Assembly (NCBI GenBank): GCA_963827655.1
Contig: CAWHCF010000042.1
Coordinates: 32,001 to 96,000 of the forward strand
Length of the DNA stretch: 64,000 nucleotides
Origin: an uncultured Acidobacteriota bacterium
GTDB lineage: Bacteria; Acidobacteriota; UBA6911
Direction: 5' to 3'
Part shown: positions 33,148 through 43,416 of the stretch, in pieces
How the letters are laid out: every line of letters starts with the position of its first letter
Numbering within the stretch: the first letter of the stretch is position 1
The notes under the pieces: generated by a model
Told to the model about the DNA's origin: nothing
The model's input: the letters and a program-made list of their open reading frames with translations, nothing else
Databases searched by the model: none
Made by a program: the position numbers and the translations under genes

Positions 33148-34887
33148 CTAGAAGGCGTCTGGCTGCGCCGCTATGCGGTCGAGCTGCGCCCGCGTATAGG
33201 ATCCCAGGCTTCTGTAATCAAGCTCGGTATAGTTCTTGATCCAACGGAGGGAGATATTCAAAGCCTTTCGATACCTCTCTTCGGCGGCTGTCTGGGCCGG
33301 TTGATTCTTCACTTCCTCTTTCAGGATCCTCAGAATGTCCTCGAGCTCTTCTTTGAGCAGGCGCTTCACCAGCTCAAAATCGTGTGCCTGGCCGGTCGAG
33401 GTATCTTGGGCGGCATGCCTGATTCGCTGGGCAATCTGGGCAACCGAAATGCGGGCCGTCGCCAGGTCTTCCATCAGGGCGGGATGGATACCAGGCTTCC
33501 CTGCCAGGCTGTCGATCGATTTCGCTCCTCTTCCATTCAGCCACCCTTCGAGGTATTCGATCAACATCCTGGCATTCCGCCGGGTTCCCTCGATGGTAAC
33601 GGGACCTTCCGGTACCCTGAGTCTGATCGGATATCGATCCGGGTCGGCCATTTCCGCCCCCGGCTTCCAACCGGACGCATGCAGCTCCTGGAAAGGGGCG
33701 GCTGCTGTCTTCATGTGGAAAATATGGGCCACCCAGGCCCTCACAAAACCCTGTCTCGCCTCCCACTCCTTGTCGGCTCTAATCGCCGCGCCTGCTGCTT
33801 TGTTGACTTCATCGTTCTTGCTTGGGAGCGCCGTCGCCATCCCGCCAATCGGCACGGCGCCTCGCTTCAGGCAGACCGCCACCAGCCGCCTGAAGATGTC
33901 GGCCAGGAAATCCGTGGTTTTGATATCGACGCCGAAGCGGTCAGGCCAGACCGAGTGCGGATCTGTCATGACGTACTCGAGGATGCTCGCCTGAAAATCC
34001 CATCGCGCCGCGTTTAATCCGGCGCCATAGGGCCCGAGCTCAAACAGCATCTCCTCCATCTGATAGGCCGCCGGGAGCGATTCGATCAGCGGGATCGCCT
34101 TGATCACGGCATCCTTCAGGAAATCCAGGTAGGCCTGACTTTCGGTAAAGAACGACCGCCAGAAGGCGGCTTCCTCGGCGGATTCCATCTTGGGCAGATA
34201 AAAGTAGATCCCCTGCTTTCTCTCGGCTTGAGCCTTGCCGGTATGGAATAGCGTCAGGGCAGTGCCCAGGATGCTTGCTGAAATGGCCTTGCCATCGATC
34301 GTGACGTCCGGTTCATCCAGATGTAGCCCGCGCTCCCGATGCATGAAGAACGGAAGCTCGCCCTTCTCCAGCTTGTACTCTTTCCCCTTCTCGGCATCGT
34401 GAAAACTGAGGGTGCCTTCCACGGCCCGCTTGCGATTCCATGCCGCCTTGACCGTGTCGATGAATCGATGGCCTGCGGAATCCTCGTCATCGTCCAGATC
34501 ACCTTCCGCGCGAGTACCCTCCGGACCCGGGTTGAGCCCATTGATAAACATCCCGGTAATCGACGCAGGCCCCGAAATCTCGATGCCCGGCTTCTTCAGA
34601 TCTTCCGGCAGATCGGAAATCTTCCAGTTTCCGCTCCGGATTTCGGACGAAGCCAGGGGGCCAGGCAGGATGTGCTCGTTCAGAGCTCGTCCCAGCACCT
34701 CCGCTCGCTTTCGACGCAAGAGTTGAATCTTCGGAGTGAAAACATCATGCAGGAAGAGGAGATATCGAACGAACTTCGGAACAAAAAGTTGCTCGGCCCC
34801 TTCAACGGGCGCAAACCTCAGTCTTGTTGTTTCGGTCGATTCCGACGTACCTGCGGCAATCGATATGCGAGACGATTCAGCGACCAT
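33148..34887 (-). CDS. aceB: Malate synthase (type A-like, divergent)
   Basis: DDEDS, RERGLHLDE, YFYLPKMESAEEA, LIESLPA, GLNAARWD, GGMA, WVAH, LMEDLATARIS. Confidence 0.75.
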   Translation of the reverse strand: MVAESSRISIAAGTSESTETTRLRFAPVEGAEQLFVPKFVRYLLFLHDVFTPKIQLLRRKRAEVLGRALNEHILPGPLASSEIRSGNWKISDLPEDLKKPGIEISGPASITGMFINGLNPGPEGTRAEGDLDDDEDSAGHRFIDTVKAAWNRKRAVEGTLSFHDAEKGKEYKLEKGELPFFMHRERGLHLDEPDVTIDGKAISASILGTALTLFHTGKAQAERKQGIYFYLPKMESAEEAAFWRSFFTESQAYLDFLKDAVIKAIPLIESLPAAYQMEEMLFELGPYGAGLNAARWDFQASILEYVMTDPHSVWPDRFGVDIKTTDFLADIFRRLVAVCLKRGAVPIGGMATALPSKNDEVNKAAGAAIRADKEWEARQGFVRAWVAHIFHMKTAAAPFQELHASGWKPGAEMADPDRYPIRLRVPEGPVTIEGTRRNARMLIEYLEGWLNGRGAKSIDSLAGKPGIHPALMEDLATARISVAQIAQRIRHAAQDTSTGQAHDFELVKRLLKEELEDILRILKEEVKNQPAQTAAEERYRKALNISLRWIKNYTELDYRSLGSYTRAQLDRIAAQPDAF

Positions 34888-35001
34888 AGTTCCCTCTTTC
34901 TATTGTTAGTGAGAAGGCGCCTGGATTTTACTACAATCTCACGAATCGCAAAGCCGCAAAGACGCCAGGACCGCTGATGAGTGGATTAGGCGAATGTACA
35001 C

Positions 35002-35502
35002 TTGGAGAGATCAATCTTGGAACAATTTCAGCCTCATAAGATCACGCTGGTAGTCGCCGCCCTGATCGAAGACCGCGAGAAGCGGCTTCTGATGGTGCGC
35101 GAGGCGCAGCCCGACTGCTACGGACTCTGGAACCAGCCTGCCGGGCACGTCGATGCGGGCGAGAGCATCACGGATGCTCTCCTGCGCGAAGTCAAAGAAG
35201 AAACCGGCTACGCTAACGTCCGGATCGACGGTATTGCTCGGGTTTACTATTTTGTCAATGAGGCCCTGCTGCGCATCAACTTCTTCGCGTCGCTGCTCGA
35301 TCGCGTCCAGGGGCCGCTGGCCGACGATGTGCTCGAGACGGGTTGGTTCAGCGCGGAAGAACTCTCGGCGATGAGCCAGCGGGGCCAATTGCGCAACAAG
35401 CGGACCGAGCTTGCCATTCGAGACTGGCTGGAAGGTCAAAGCTCGAATTCAGAGATCATCCAGACTGTGACAGACGAGATGATCGATCGAGTTCTGTTCT
35501 AA
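35002..35502 (+). CDS. NUDIX hydrolase
   Basis: Nudix box PAGHVDAGESITDALLREVKEETG. Confidence 0.9.
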   Translation: MERSILEQFQPHKITLVVAALIEDREKRLLMVREAQPDCYGLWNQPAGHVDAGESITDALLREVKEETGYANVRIDGIARVYYFVNEALLRINFFASLLDRVQGPLADDVLETGWFSAEELSAMSQRGQLRNKRTELAIRDWLEGQSSNSEIIQTVTDEMIDRVLF

Positions 35503-35516
35503 GGATTCTCGCAATC

Positions 35517-35606
35517 CCTGGTGTTTCTTGGTGTCTTCGAGTCTTCGTGGTTGGTGTGGTGGAACAAAACCAACCTCTAAGACTCGAAGACTCGAAGAAG
35601 CGCCAG
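35517..35606. repeat. Family R1 repeat, two-arm palindrome between convergent genes
   Basis: ctggtgtttcttggtgtcttcgagtcttcgtggttgg...ccaacctctaagactcgaagactcgaagaagcgccag. Confidence 0.75.
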
Positions 35607-35608
35607 CA

Positions 35609-36905
35609 TCAGAGATCGGGCAGGAGCCAGGGCTTTCGGTAGTCGCGACTCAGGAACGCGTTCGCCTCGGCATCGCCGGCGTAACTCTGGGTCTTCGGAT
35701 CGAAGCGGAGCTTCCGCCCGACTCGCCAGGCCGTGTTCCCCATGTGGCACATCGCGCTCAGGACGTGCGCCTCTTCGATGTCGAAGCTCGGTTTTCGGCC
35801 GTCGCGGATCGCGTCCACGAAGTTCCGCTTGTGGGCCTCATCGTGCTCGCTGTTCGTGCTTGCGGTGCCGTGGGGCAGGGCCTCGCCCTTCGGTCCGAAA
35901 GCGCGCCAGCGACCGTTGCCGATAACGACGTACCCCCCGGTCCCGTAAACCGCAGCTCCCTCCGCCTCCCCTTCGAAGGGATAGGCGTTCCCGACTCGCA
36001 TCTCGTAGACGAGCGTCGCACCCGGGTAGTCGTAGGTGACGAGCATCGTGTCGGGCCACTCCTGGGCGTCATCGAAGACGTACTTGCCGCCGCTTGCAGC
36101 GACGGCCGTCGGCCAGGCCGGGAGCTGCCTGCCCTCGGCCTCAAAAGCTCCGGCGAGCGCGCGGCGCGCGTAGTCGATGCGGTGGACGCCGTCGTTGCCG
36201 AGGTCGCCCGTGCCGTAGTCGAAAAACCAGCGCCACGAGCCGTGGAATCGCGCCGGGTTGAACGGACGCCGGGGCGCCGGGCCGAGCCAGAGGTCGTAGT
36301 CGACGCCGGGCGGCGACTCGCCGTCCTTTGGGTAACCGATCGGTCCCTGTTTCGCGCTCTCCCACGCGCGCGCAAGGCTCACACGCCCGAGCACACCCGA
36401 GCGGATGTACGCGACCGCTTCGGCGAAGTGGCGGCCGCTCCGGGATTGGCAGCCAACCTGGACCACGCGGTTGTATCGTCGAGCCGCTCGCACCATCGTG
36501 GTTCCTTCCCGGATATTGTGCGAGGCGGGCTTCTCGACGTAGACGTGCTTGCCGGCCTGGCAGGCCAGGATCGCCGGGATCGCGTGCCAGTGATCGGGCG
36601 TGGCGATCACGAGCGCGTCGACCGAGCGGTCGTCCAGGAGCCGGCGGAAATCGGCGACGGCCGTGGGGCGACGGTTCCGGGCCTTCTCGACCATCGCGAC
36701 TCCGCGCGCCAGAACGCCCGGCATCGACATCGCACAGCGCCGCGACCTCGATCTCTGGGAGCGCGAGGAAACCCTCCAGCAGGCTCCGGCCCCGCCCCCG
36801 AAAACCCATGACGCCGACGGTGACCCTTTCGTTAGGGCTGGCCCGGAGACTGGCCGCCCCTGCGGCAACCTGAAAGAGGAATGTGCGGCGGTCGATTCGA
36901 GCCAT
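35609..36905 (-). CDS. Gfo/Idh/MocA oxidoreductase with Tat signal; frameshift ~36720
   Basis: IDRRTFL; VGVMGFRGRG; ATPDHWH; VYVEKP; GNDGVHRID. Confidence 0.85.
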
Positions 36906-36939
36906 GGCGGCCTCCTCACGTTCGGAGTTGTTCGTGTCT

Positions 36940-37023
36940 TAGGCGCTTAGCGAAATGTTCAAACCAACATGTTGTCGTTCATAAGGGCCTTCGTTCGGGG
37001 CGAAGTCCCCGAACGAACCTTAG
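36940..37023 (-). mobile_element. Small non-coding element E2, copy 2, nested in an R1 arm
   Basis: Reverse complement of 25855-25940; on the minus strand CTAAG is present at both junctions inside aaccacgaagacg-ctaag-acacgaac. Confidence 0.7.
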
Positions 37024-37088
37024 CGTCTTCGTGGTTGGCTTTGAAGACGCAAGACATCAAGAAACGCGAAGCATCGTACAACGTGCCG

Positions 37089-39509
37089 TCAGCCATCGTT
37101 GCGCAGCGCCACCATCGGATCCACACGCGCGGCGCGCCAGGCCGGCACGCCGCAAGCGATCGCCACGGCAAGAGCCATCACGGCGGCGGCGCCGGCATAG
37201 CTTATGGGATCCGCCGCGCTGATACCGAATAGCAGATGGTTGAGGACCCGCGCCAGTGCGAAGCCTCCGCAGATGCCGGCCACCGCGCCCACACCGGCGA
37301 AGAGCGCTCCCTGGCGGAGTATCATTCTGAGCACGTCCTGAGGACTGGCGCCGAGCGCCATGCGAAGGCCGATCTCCGGAGTTCGCCGCACAACCACTTG
37401 CGCCATCAGCCCGAAGATGCCGACCGCCGCCAGGAGAACCGCGAGCATCGAGAACAGAGCGAGCAGCAACGCCTGGAAGCGGCGGACCGCGAGCGATTCG
37501 CCGATCTCCGCTTCGACGGTGCTGAGCTCCGTAATCGGTCCCGATGGATCGAGCGCTCGAATTTTGGACCGCACCGCAGGAGCCAGCGCGAGGGGTTGGC
37601 CATCGGTAGCCACGAGCAACTGCATACTGCGTCCGATGCGCTGCCCGGTGGAACCGAAGATCTCGAGTCGCGAGCCTTGATGCAAGCCGCGGCGGCGCAT
37701 GTCGCCCACGACGCCGACGATTGTAATCCAGGGATTTTTCGGCCCGGCACTACCGAACACGAGGCGCTTTCCGACCGGGTCCTGATTGGGCCAGTATTTG
37801 TTGGCAAAGGTCTCGTTGATCACGATGGCGCGCGGCGCGCCGTCCTTATCGCGTTCGTCGATGAACCGGCCGCGGACCAGAGCCACTTGCATGACCCCGA
37901 AGAATCCAGGCGAAACCAGATCGTTGGTCGCTTCGATCTGTTCGGAAGGCGGGAATGGAGGGCGATCCTCGAGAGTGAAAATGCCCGAGCTGGGTGTATT
38001 GCTGAGGAACAAATCGGAAATGACCGCGGCGCCGCGCACACCCGGAAGCGCGCGCACATCCTGCAGTAGTTGATCGTAGAACTGCGTGAGCTGCGGAACT
38101 TGCGCGTGTCGGGCGCGCGACACATTGACTCGCATCGTCAGCACGTTGGCGGTGCGAAAGCCGGTATTCATGCCGCGCAGCGCGCCCAGAGACCGCAACA
38201 GCAGGCCTGCGCCGGCGAGCAACAGAATGGCCAGCGCGCACTGCGCGACGACGAGAGCCGATCGCGTCTTTGCCGCCGCATGTGAGCCGGCCATGCCCCG
38301 GCCCCCTTCGCGCAATGCTTCCTGGAGGTTGACCCGGGACAATCGCCATGCGGGCCACAATCCAAACAACAGCGCAGTCACCGTGGTGAGGCAGATGGCA
38401 AAGACGAGCACCGCGCCATCGACCGCGATCTCGTCGACGCGCGGAAGATCTCGCGGCGCCAGCCAGAGAAGAGCGCGCACGCCTCCGTATGCGGCGAGAA
38501 TACCCGCGGCGCCCGCTAGCGCGGCGAGGGCGCTCGCTTCCATCACGAGCTGGCGGATGAGGCTTCCGCGGCTCGCGCCCATAGCCGAGCGCACCATGAT
38601 CTCGCGGCCGCGAGCTTCGGCGCGCGCAAGGAACAGGCCGGCGACATTCACGCACGCGATCAGGAGAACGAACCCCACCGCGCCCAGCAAGACCAGCAAA
38701 GGCGTCCTGACATTGCCGGCGACGTGGTTCTCGAGCGGATTTACATAGATTCCGTAGCCAGCATTGTCGTCGGGATACTGCTGCTCGAGCTGCTTGCCCA
38801 CCAGGTCCATCTCGGTTTGGGCCTGGACTGGCGTGATGCCTGGCTTTAAACGGGCGACCATCTGGAGCCAGTAACCCACGCGGCGCTTGGCGGGCTCGGA
38901 GACTACCAGGGGCGCCCAGAATTCGCTTTTCTTCATCGGGAAAGCAAAGCCGGGCGGCATGACACCGATGACCGTCAAACGGCGGCCGTCGAAATCAAGC
39001 GTTTGGCCCAGGACATCGCCTGCGCCGAAGCGCCGCTGCCACAGACCCCAGCCGATTACGGCGACGTTCTCCTTGCCCGCGGTCTCCTCCTCTTTGGTGA
39101 ACAGGCGGCCTTGAATCGGCCTTGCGCCCACCACGTCAAAGAGCGCCGCCTCGGCGAATGCGCCGCGGATGCGCTCGGGCTCGCCGTCGCTGATGAGGTT
39201 CATCGAAGGCTCGGTAAACGCCGCCATCGATTCGAACGAGGTGCCGAGGCGCTTATAGTCCTGGTAGTTCAGGTAGGAAGCCCAATCCTCTCGCATTTGA
39301 AGGCGGCGATTATCCATCCACACGCGCACGAGCCGCTCCGGCTCGCGGTACGGCAGCGGTTTTAACAGGACGCTGCGAACTACGCTGAACAGGGCGGTGT
39401 TCGCCCCAATCCCCAGCGCCAGCGTGAGAACGGCTATGAACGCGAACCCGGGATTGAGGCGTAGCTGGCGGAAACCGTAGCGCAAATCGGCGAGCAAGCT
39501 GGGTAGCAT
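37089..39509 (-). CDS. ADOP-type duplicated ABC permease (MacB/FtsX family)
   Basis: DLRYGFRQL...[13 protein letters not shown]; LLIACVNVA; [10 protein letters not shown]; [12 protein letters not shown]. Confidence 0.92.
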   Translation of the reverse strand: MLPSLLADLRYGFRQLRLNPGFAFIAVLTLALGIGANTALFSVVRSVLLKPLPYREPERLVRVWMDNRRLQMREDWASYLNYQDYKRLGTSFESMAAFTEPSMNLISDGEPERIRGAFAEAALFDVVGARPIQGRLFTKEEETAGKENVAVIGWGLWQRRFGAGDVLGQTLDFDGRRLTVIGVMPPGFAFPMKKSEFWAPLVVSEPAKRRVGYWLQMVARLKPGITPVQAQTEMDLVGKQLEQQYPDDNAGYGIYVNPLENHVAGNVRTPLLVLLGAVGFVLLIACVNVAGLFLARAEARGREIMVRSAMGASRGSLIRQLVMEASALAALAGAAGILAAYGGVRALLWLAPRDLPRVDEIAVDGAVLVFAICLTTVTALLFGLWPAWRLSRVNLQEALREGGRGMAGSHAAAKTRSALVVAQCALAILLLAGAGLLLRSLGALRGMNTGFRTANVLTMRVNVSRARHAQVPQLTQFYDQLLQDVRALPGVRGAAVISDLFLSNTPSSGIFTLEDRPPFPPSEQIEATNDLVSPGFFGVMQVALVRGRFIDERDKDGAPRAIVINETFANKYWPNQDPVGKRLVFGSAGPKNPWITIVGVVGDMRRRGLHQGSRLEIFGSTGQRIGRSMQLLVATDGQPLALAPAVRSKIRALDPSGPITELSTVEAEIGESLAVRRFQALLLALFSMLAVLLAAVGIFGLMAQVVVRRTPEIGLRMALGASPQDVLRMILRQGALFAGVGAVAGICGGFALARVLNHLLFGISAADPISYAGAAAVMALAVAIACGVPAWRAARVDPMVALRNDG

Positions 39510-39595
39510 CGACGTGACTCCTGGATAAGACATAAGCACCGATTAGTTGGACGTTCAAGCGCAAAAAAGGGTTGACTGTTCAACGTCCCGGTTCC

Positions 39596-39625
39596 ATTTC
39601 TTAGCGCCTTCGTGTCTTCGTGGTT
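39596..39625 (-). repeat. Family R1 repeat arm
   Basis: atttcttagcgccttcgtgtcttcgtggtt. Confidence 0.7.
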
Positions 39626-39714
39626 TAATTTGGCGGCTCTGGGGGACCGGTTTGTTGTAACATTCAACCGAACCGCTAGAAATCGATACCTGGACAAGAC
39701 CGTGGGAGGTTGCT

Positions 39715-41052
39715 ATGAAATCAAGAATCACGAGGCGCACGTTTCTGGAGACGACTGCCGGCGTGGGAGTCGGGTTGGGAGTCGCCCCGGGCTTCGCTGC
39801 AATGCGCGGCGTCGACGCCCCTAATAACAAAGTGGTTGTCGCGATAGTCGGAACCAACAGCCGGGGGAAGAGCCTGGCCCAGAGCTTCGCCCGGCTGGCT
39901 GGCGCCGAGGTAGCCTATGTGTGCGACGTGGACCAGCAGGCCGCGGAAAAGGCCGCGGCTGCCGTCAAGACCATCCAGAACAAAGATCCAAAGCAGGTAA
40001 AGGATTTTCGCCGTATCCTTGAAGACCGGTCCGTCGACGCGCTGGCCATCGCCACACCGGATCACTGGCACGCACCCGCCGCGATCGCGGCGTGTACTGC
40101 CGGCAAGCACGTCTACGTCGAGAAACCGTGCAGTCACAATCCGCGCGAAGGCGAACTGCTGGTCGAGGCGGCCCGAAAGCACAAGCGGGCGGCGCAGATG
40201 GGCAGCCAGCGCCGCTCCTGGCCGCGGCTGATTGAAGCCATCGAGTCGATCAAGTCAGGTCTGATCGGCCGCGTGTACTATTCGCGCGGCTGGTATGCCA
40301 ACCACCGGGATTCGATCGGGAGCGGAAAAGTCGCCGCCGCGCCTTCCTGGTTGGACTATGACCTGTGGCAGGGACCGGCGCCGCGCCGCCCCTTCCGGGA
40401 CAACCTGATTCACTACAACTGGCATTGGTTCTGGCACTGGGGAACGGGTGAGGCCGGGAACAACGGGGTTCACGCGCTGGACCTCTGCCGCTGGGGACTG
40501 GGGGTTGACTATCCGATACGGGTGACTTCGTCAGGGGGACGTTTTCACTTCCGCGACGACTGGGAAACTCCGGATACGCAGGTCATCAACTTCGAATTCG
40601 ACGGAGGAAAGCAGATCACCTGGGAAGGACTGAGCTCCAATGGCTATGGTCTGGATGGCAGCGGCTTCGGCGTGAGCTTCCATGGCGAAAAGGGCGCGCT
40701 CGTGATCGGCGGCGGAGATTCCTACACGGTTTATGACCGGGCAGGCAAAGAGGTGAAAAAGGTCTCGGGTCGACCCGACGAGCAGAAGATAGACCTCACG
40801 GGTCCGGCGGCGAGCCTCGACGCTGTCCATCTTGCCAACTTCCTCGACGCGATTCGCAGCGGAAAACCTCTGGCATCCGAGATCGAGGAGGGACACAAGA
40901 GCACCCTGTTGACGCAGCTGGGCAACATCGCTTTGCGAGTGGGACGAATGCTTCGCTGCGATCCCCAGAATGGCCGCATCCTGGGCGACAAGGAGGCCAT
41001 GGCTCTCTGGACGCGCGAGTATGAGCGCGGATGGGAGCCGCGCGTTACTTAG
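39715..41052 (+). CDS. Gfo/Idh/MocA oxidoreductase with Tat signal
   Basis: ITRRTFL; ATPDHWH; VYVEKP; GNNGVHALD. Confidence 0.9.
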   Translation: MKSRITRRTFLETTAGVGVGLGVAPGFAAMRGVDAPNNKVVVAIVGTNSRGKSLAQSFARLAGAEVAYVCDVDQQAAEKAAAAVKTIQNKDPKQVKDFRRILEDRSVDALAIATPDHWHAPAAIAACTAGKHVYVEKPCSHNPREGELLVEAARKHKRAAQMGSQRRSWPRLIEAIESIKSGLIGRVYYSRGWYANHRDSIGSGKVAAAPSWLDYDLWQGPAPRRPFRDNLIHYNWHWFWHWGTGEAGNNGVHALDLCRWGLGVDYPIRVTSSGGRFHFRDDWETPDTQVINFEFDGGKQITWEGLSSNGYGLDGSGFGVSFHGEKGALVIGGGDSYTVYDRAGKEVKKVSGRPDEQKIDLTGPAASLDAVHLANFLDAIRSGKPLASEIEEGHKSTLLTQLGNIALRVGRMLRCDPQNGRILGDKEAMALWTREYERGWEPRVT

Positions 41053-41055
41053 CGC

Positions 41056-41136
41056 ATTCTTAGTGTTCTTCGTGTCTTCGTGTCTTCGTGGTTAGAGCTG
41101 TCTAACAAGAACCACTAAGACTCAAAGACACGAAGG
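41056..41136. repeat. Family R1 repeat, complete palindrome with core
   Basis: ...cttcgtgtcttcgtgtcttcgtg-GTTAGAGCTGTCTAAC-aaga-accactaagactcaaagacacgaag. Confidence 0.88.
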
Positions 41137-41163
41137 CGCATCCACGACCCAAGAGGAGGAGAC

Positions 41164-41922
41164 GTGCAAACCTATCGAGTTTCTCTATGGAGCGCCCTGG
41201 CGATGATGCTGGGCGCCTTCGCCTTTCACGCGCAGCCTCCCAGTGACGCAAGAGCGGATCCTCAGGCGGACGAGAAGTCTAAAGTCATTGAAGAACTCCG
41301 GAAAGTAAGCACGGGGAACATCGCTGACGCCGTCGACGAAGCAACCGGACAGAGGGGTTTCATGTACCACGACATGAAGCCGATTTTTAAGGCGAAGATC
41401 GTGGGACCGGCGGCAACGGCTGTTCTTCGCCCGGTTCTGAAGACGGATAAAACCGAGTATCCGAACTATGCCCTCCAGATTCTGGACGAAGCCCCCGCCG
41501 GAAGCGTCCTGGTCTACGTGCTGGAAGACGGTCTCGAGACTGCCGGCATCGGAAACCTGATGGCGACCACCGCTAAAGTGCGCGGGCTGTCCGGCGCCGT
41601 CATCGACGGCGGCGCCCGTGATATCGAAGAAATCGAAGCGATCCAATTCCCCGTCTTCAGCCGTTCGGTGACGCCCGCAACATCGGTAGGGCGATATGTC
41701 AGCGTCGCGAAGCAGGTCCCGGTGACCTGCGGCGGCGTGCTGGTTCGACCCGGCGACTACATCGTGGGAGATCGGGATGGCGTCGTGGTGGTTCCGGTGG
41801 AGAAGATCGCAAAGGTCGTGGAATTGATCCGGGACTATGACGCGAGAGAGAGCAAGATGGTCCCGATCATCAAGGAACAGAAATCCATGCTCAAGGCGCT
41901 GGCGAAATACAATCGCTACTGA
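41164..41922 (+). CDS. RraA/HMG-aldolase family protein with signal-like N-terminus
   Basis: STGNIADAVD, GNLMAT, GAVIDGGARD, PGDYIVGDRDGVVVVP. Confidence 0.85.
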   Translation: MQTYRVSLWSALAMMLGAFAFHAQPPSDARADPQADEKSKVIEELRKVSTGNIADAVDEATGQRGFMYHDMKPIFKAKIVGPAATAVLRPVLKTDKTEYPNYALQILDEAPAGSVLVYVLEDGLETAGIGNLMATTAKVRGLSGAVIDGGARDIEEIEAIQFPVFSRSVTPATSVGRYVSVAKQVPVTCGGVLVRPGDYIVGDRDGVVVVPVEKIAKVVELIRDYDARESKMVPIIKEQKSMLKALAKYNRY

Positions 41923-41944
41923 GTTCCCGGCATGTCGTGTGGGG

Positions 41945-42647
41945 TTACTGCGCGAGCGGGTACTGGTACTCGATCTCCAGAGTCGACCTGCCGGCGAGGA
42001 AGATCGAGCTTTCCGAAAAAATCCTCGCAGGAAGCCAGCGGTTTCCTCAGCTTGTGATAGTCCTTCTCGATCTTTGAGCTTGTGGTCCAGAAGGACGGAC
42101 GTATCAAGGGCGAGCCCACCAGCCGCGCGATGTGCAGATCCTGACAGTCGAGCCAGATGCTGCCCTGAACGGCATACTTGTTCCTTTTCAGCGGCGTGAT
42201 GTCGAACACGTAACTCGCGCGCCCGTTCCAGTTTTCGATCCGCTGGAAATGAAACTTGTAGTTCGCGGGCGTCACATCTACGTCCTCGCGCTGGTTCTCG
42301 GCCTCGGCCTCGGCTTCGAGAATTTTCTCGAACACTCGATTCCGGATCAGATCCGATCCTTCGAACGAGATCAGCCGCGACTCGGCGTGACGATTCGAGT
42401 CCACCATGGTTTCAACCACCATGCTGGCCTTCTTCTTGAACCGCCGGTTCTCGGCCTGAAAGATCCGGGTAACCTTATACTCGTGGAAATCGCGCGCGAC
42501 GGCCCGACTACGCTCCGCCATGGCCAGAATCACCGACTGTTCGTCGACGGCCTTGCTCGGTGCGAGGGCGGAGATTGACTCGCCGCCCCATGCAGCCGCG
42601 GCCGCGCATAAAACACCGGCAACGGCAACCGCTGGAAATTTTCGCAT
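41945..42647 (-). CDS. Secreted LolA/MucB-like fold protein; probable frameshift ~42045
   Basis: Signal peptide; TPANYKF...YVFDITP...GSIWLD..D..IARL.G; alternative frame ends ...EYQYPLAQ* at 41945. Confidence 0.55.
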
Positions 42648-42772
42648 CTGTCGCTCAGCTCTCTAATCATCTTCTTCTCCATCGCTCAGAACGTGCGGCT
42701 CGACCTTGGCAAACCCGTTTCGCGACAAAGCACCTCGCACTTTCGATTGAATTCCCGCAGCACCCCATTGAT

Positions 42773-42788
42773 AGCAAGCCGTGTTCCA
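42773..42788 (-). promoter_or_regulatory. Putative sigma54 (-24/-12) promoter
   Basis: Minus strand TGGAAC-ACGGC-TTGCT vs consensus TGGCAC-N5-TTGCW, ~125 nt upstream of ATG 42647. Confidence 0.45.
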
Positions 42789-43187
42789 CAATAAAAACAT
42801 CAGCTTCAGCGAAGAACAGGAGGCCTAGCGCATCAAGAAGATTGGACTTACATCCTGGAAAGCCCCCGCGAGAGGAATCGACTTCCATCCGTGACGGTGG
42901 CAAGAAGTCCGACACCTGCCCAAGAATCCGTCGCAGTTGCCGGGCTATTGGCGCGCCTTGAATTGGCACAGCGAGCTTCGTGACGAGTCTGGCCATTTCG
43001 CGCGCTTTAGCAAGCTGTTCTGGAGTGTTGACACTTGGCGGGCACAGCCAGCTCGTGCCGAAGGCACGGCAGAAAATAGCCCCGCCTGTGGAGAGTGAAA
43101 AGTAAAAAGTGCTGAGGGGAAAGTAGGGAGGCGAAGCGATGGGGGAGAGAAAGAGAGTCGAACGTTGAGGATCTGATTGGGACTGTC

Positions 43188-43373
43188 GCGCGGGTCATCA
43201 TGAGACTGTCTCGAAACTCAGATTCCCTGGTAGTTTGGCTCAGACATTCTTTAGAGCACCCTGTCGCGACGGGCCAATGGCCCGTCGCAAGTTACGTAAT
43301 CGCTATGCCTTAACCTTAAAAGTTCAGTAGTGCCCCTCGGGAGCCGGACGGGCTTGATAGCCCGTTCGCGCAT
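43188..43373. repeat. Element E3 copy 1: 32-bp leader + 142-bp core with two REP-like hairpins
   Basis: Core 43232-43373 is the near reverse complement of 63702-63844; hairpins gcgacgggcca-a-tggcccgtcgc and gacgggct-tgat-agcccgt. Confidence 0.8.
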
Positions 43374-43416
43374 CTATGCAAGCCAGGGCCTGGCCTGCTA
43401 ACCCCTTCGTACTGCG

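Noticed and set aside
41091-41110. R1 core GTTAGAG-CT-GTCTAAC as integron attC core sites (GTTRRRY/RYYYAAC)
   Set aside because: Boxes are in the wrong order for an attC, only 2 nt apart, orientation varies, flanking genes are not cassettes, and there is no integrase
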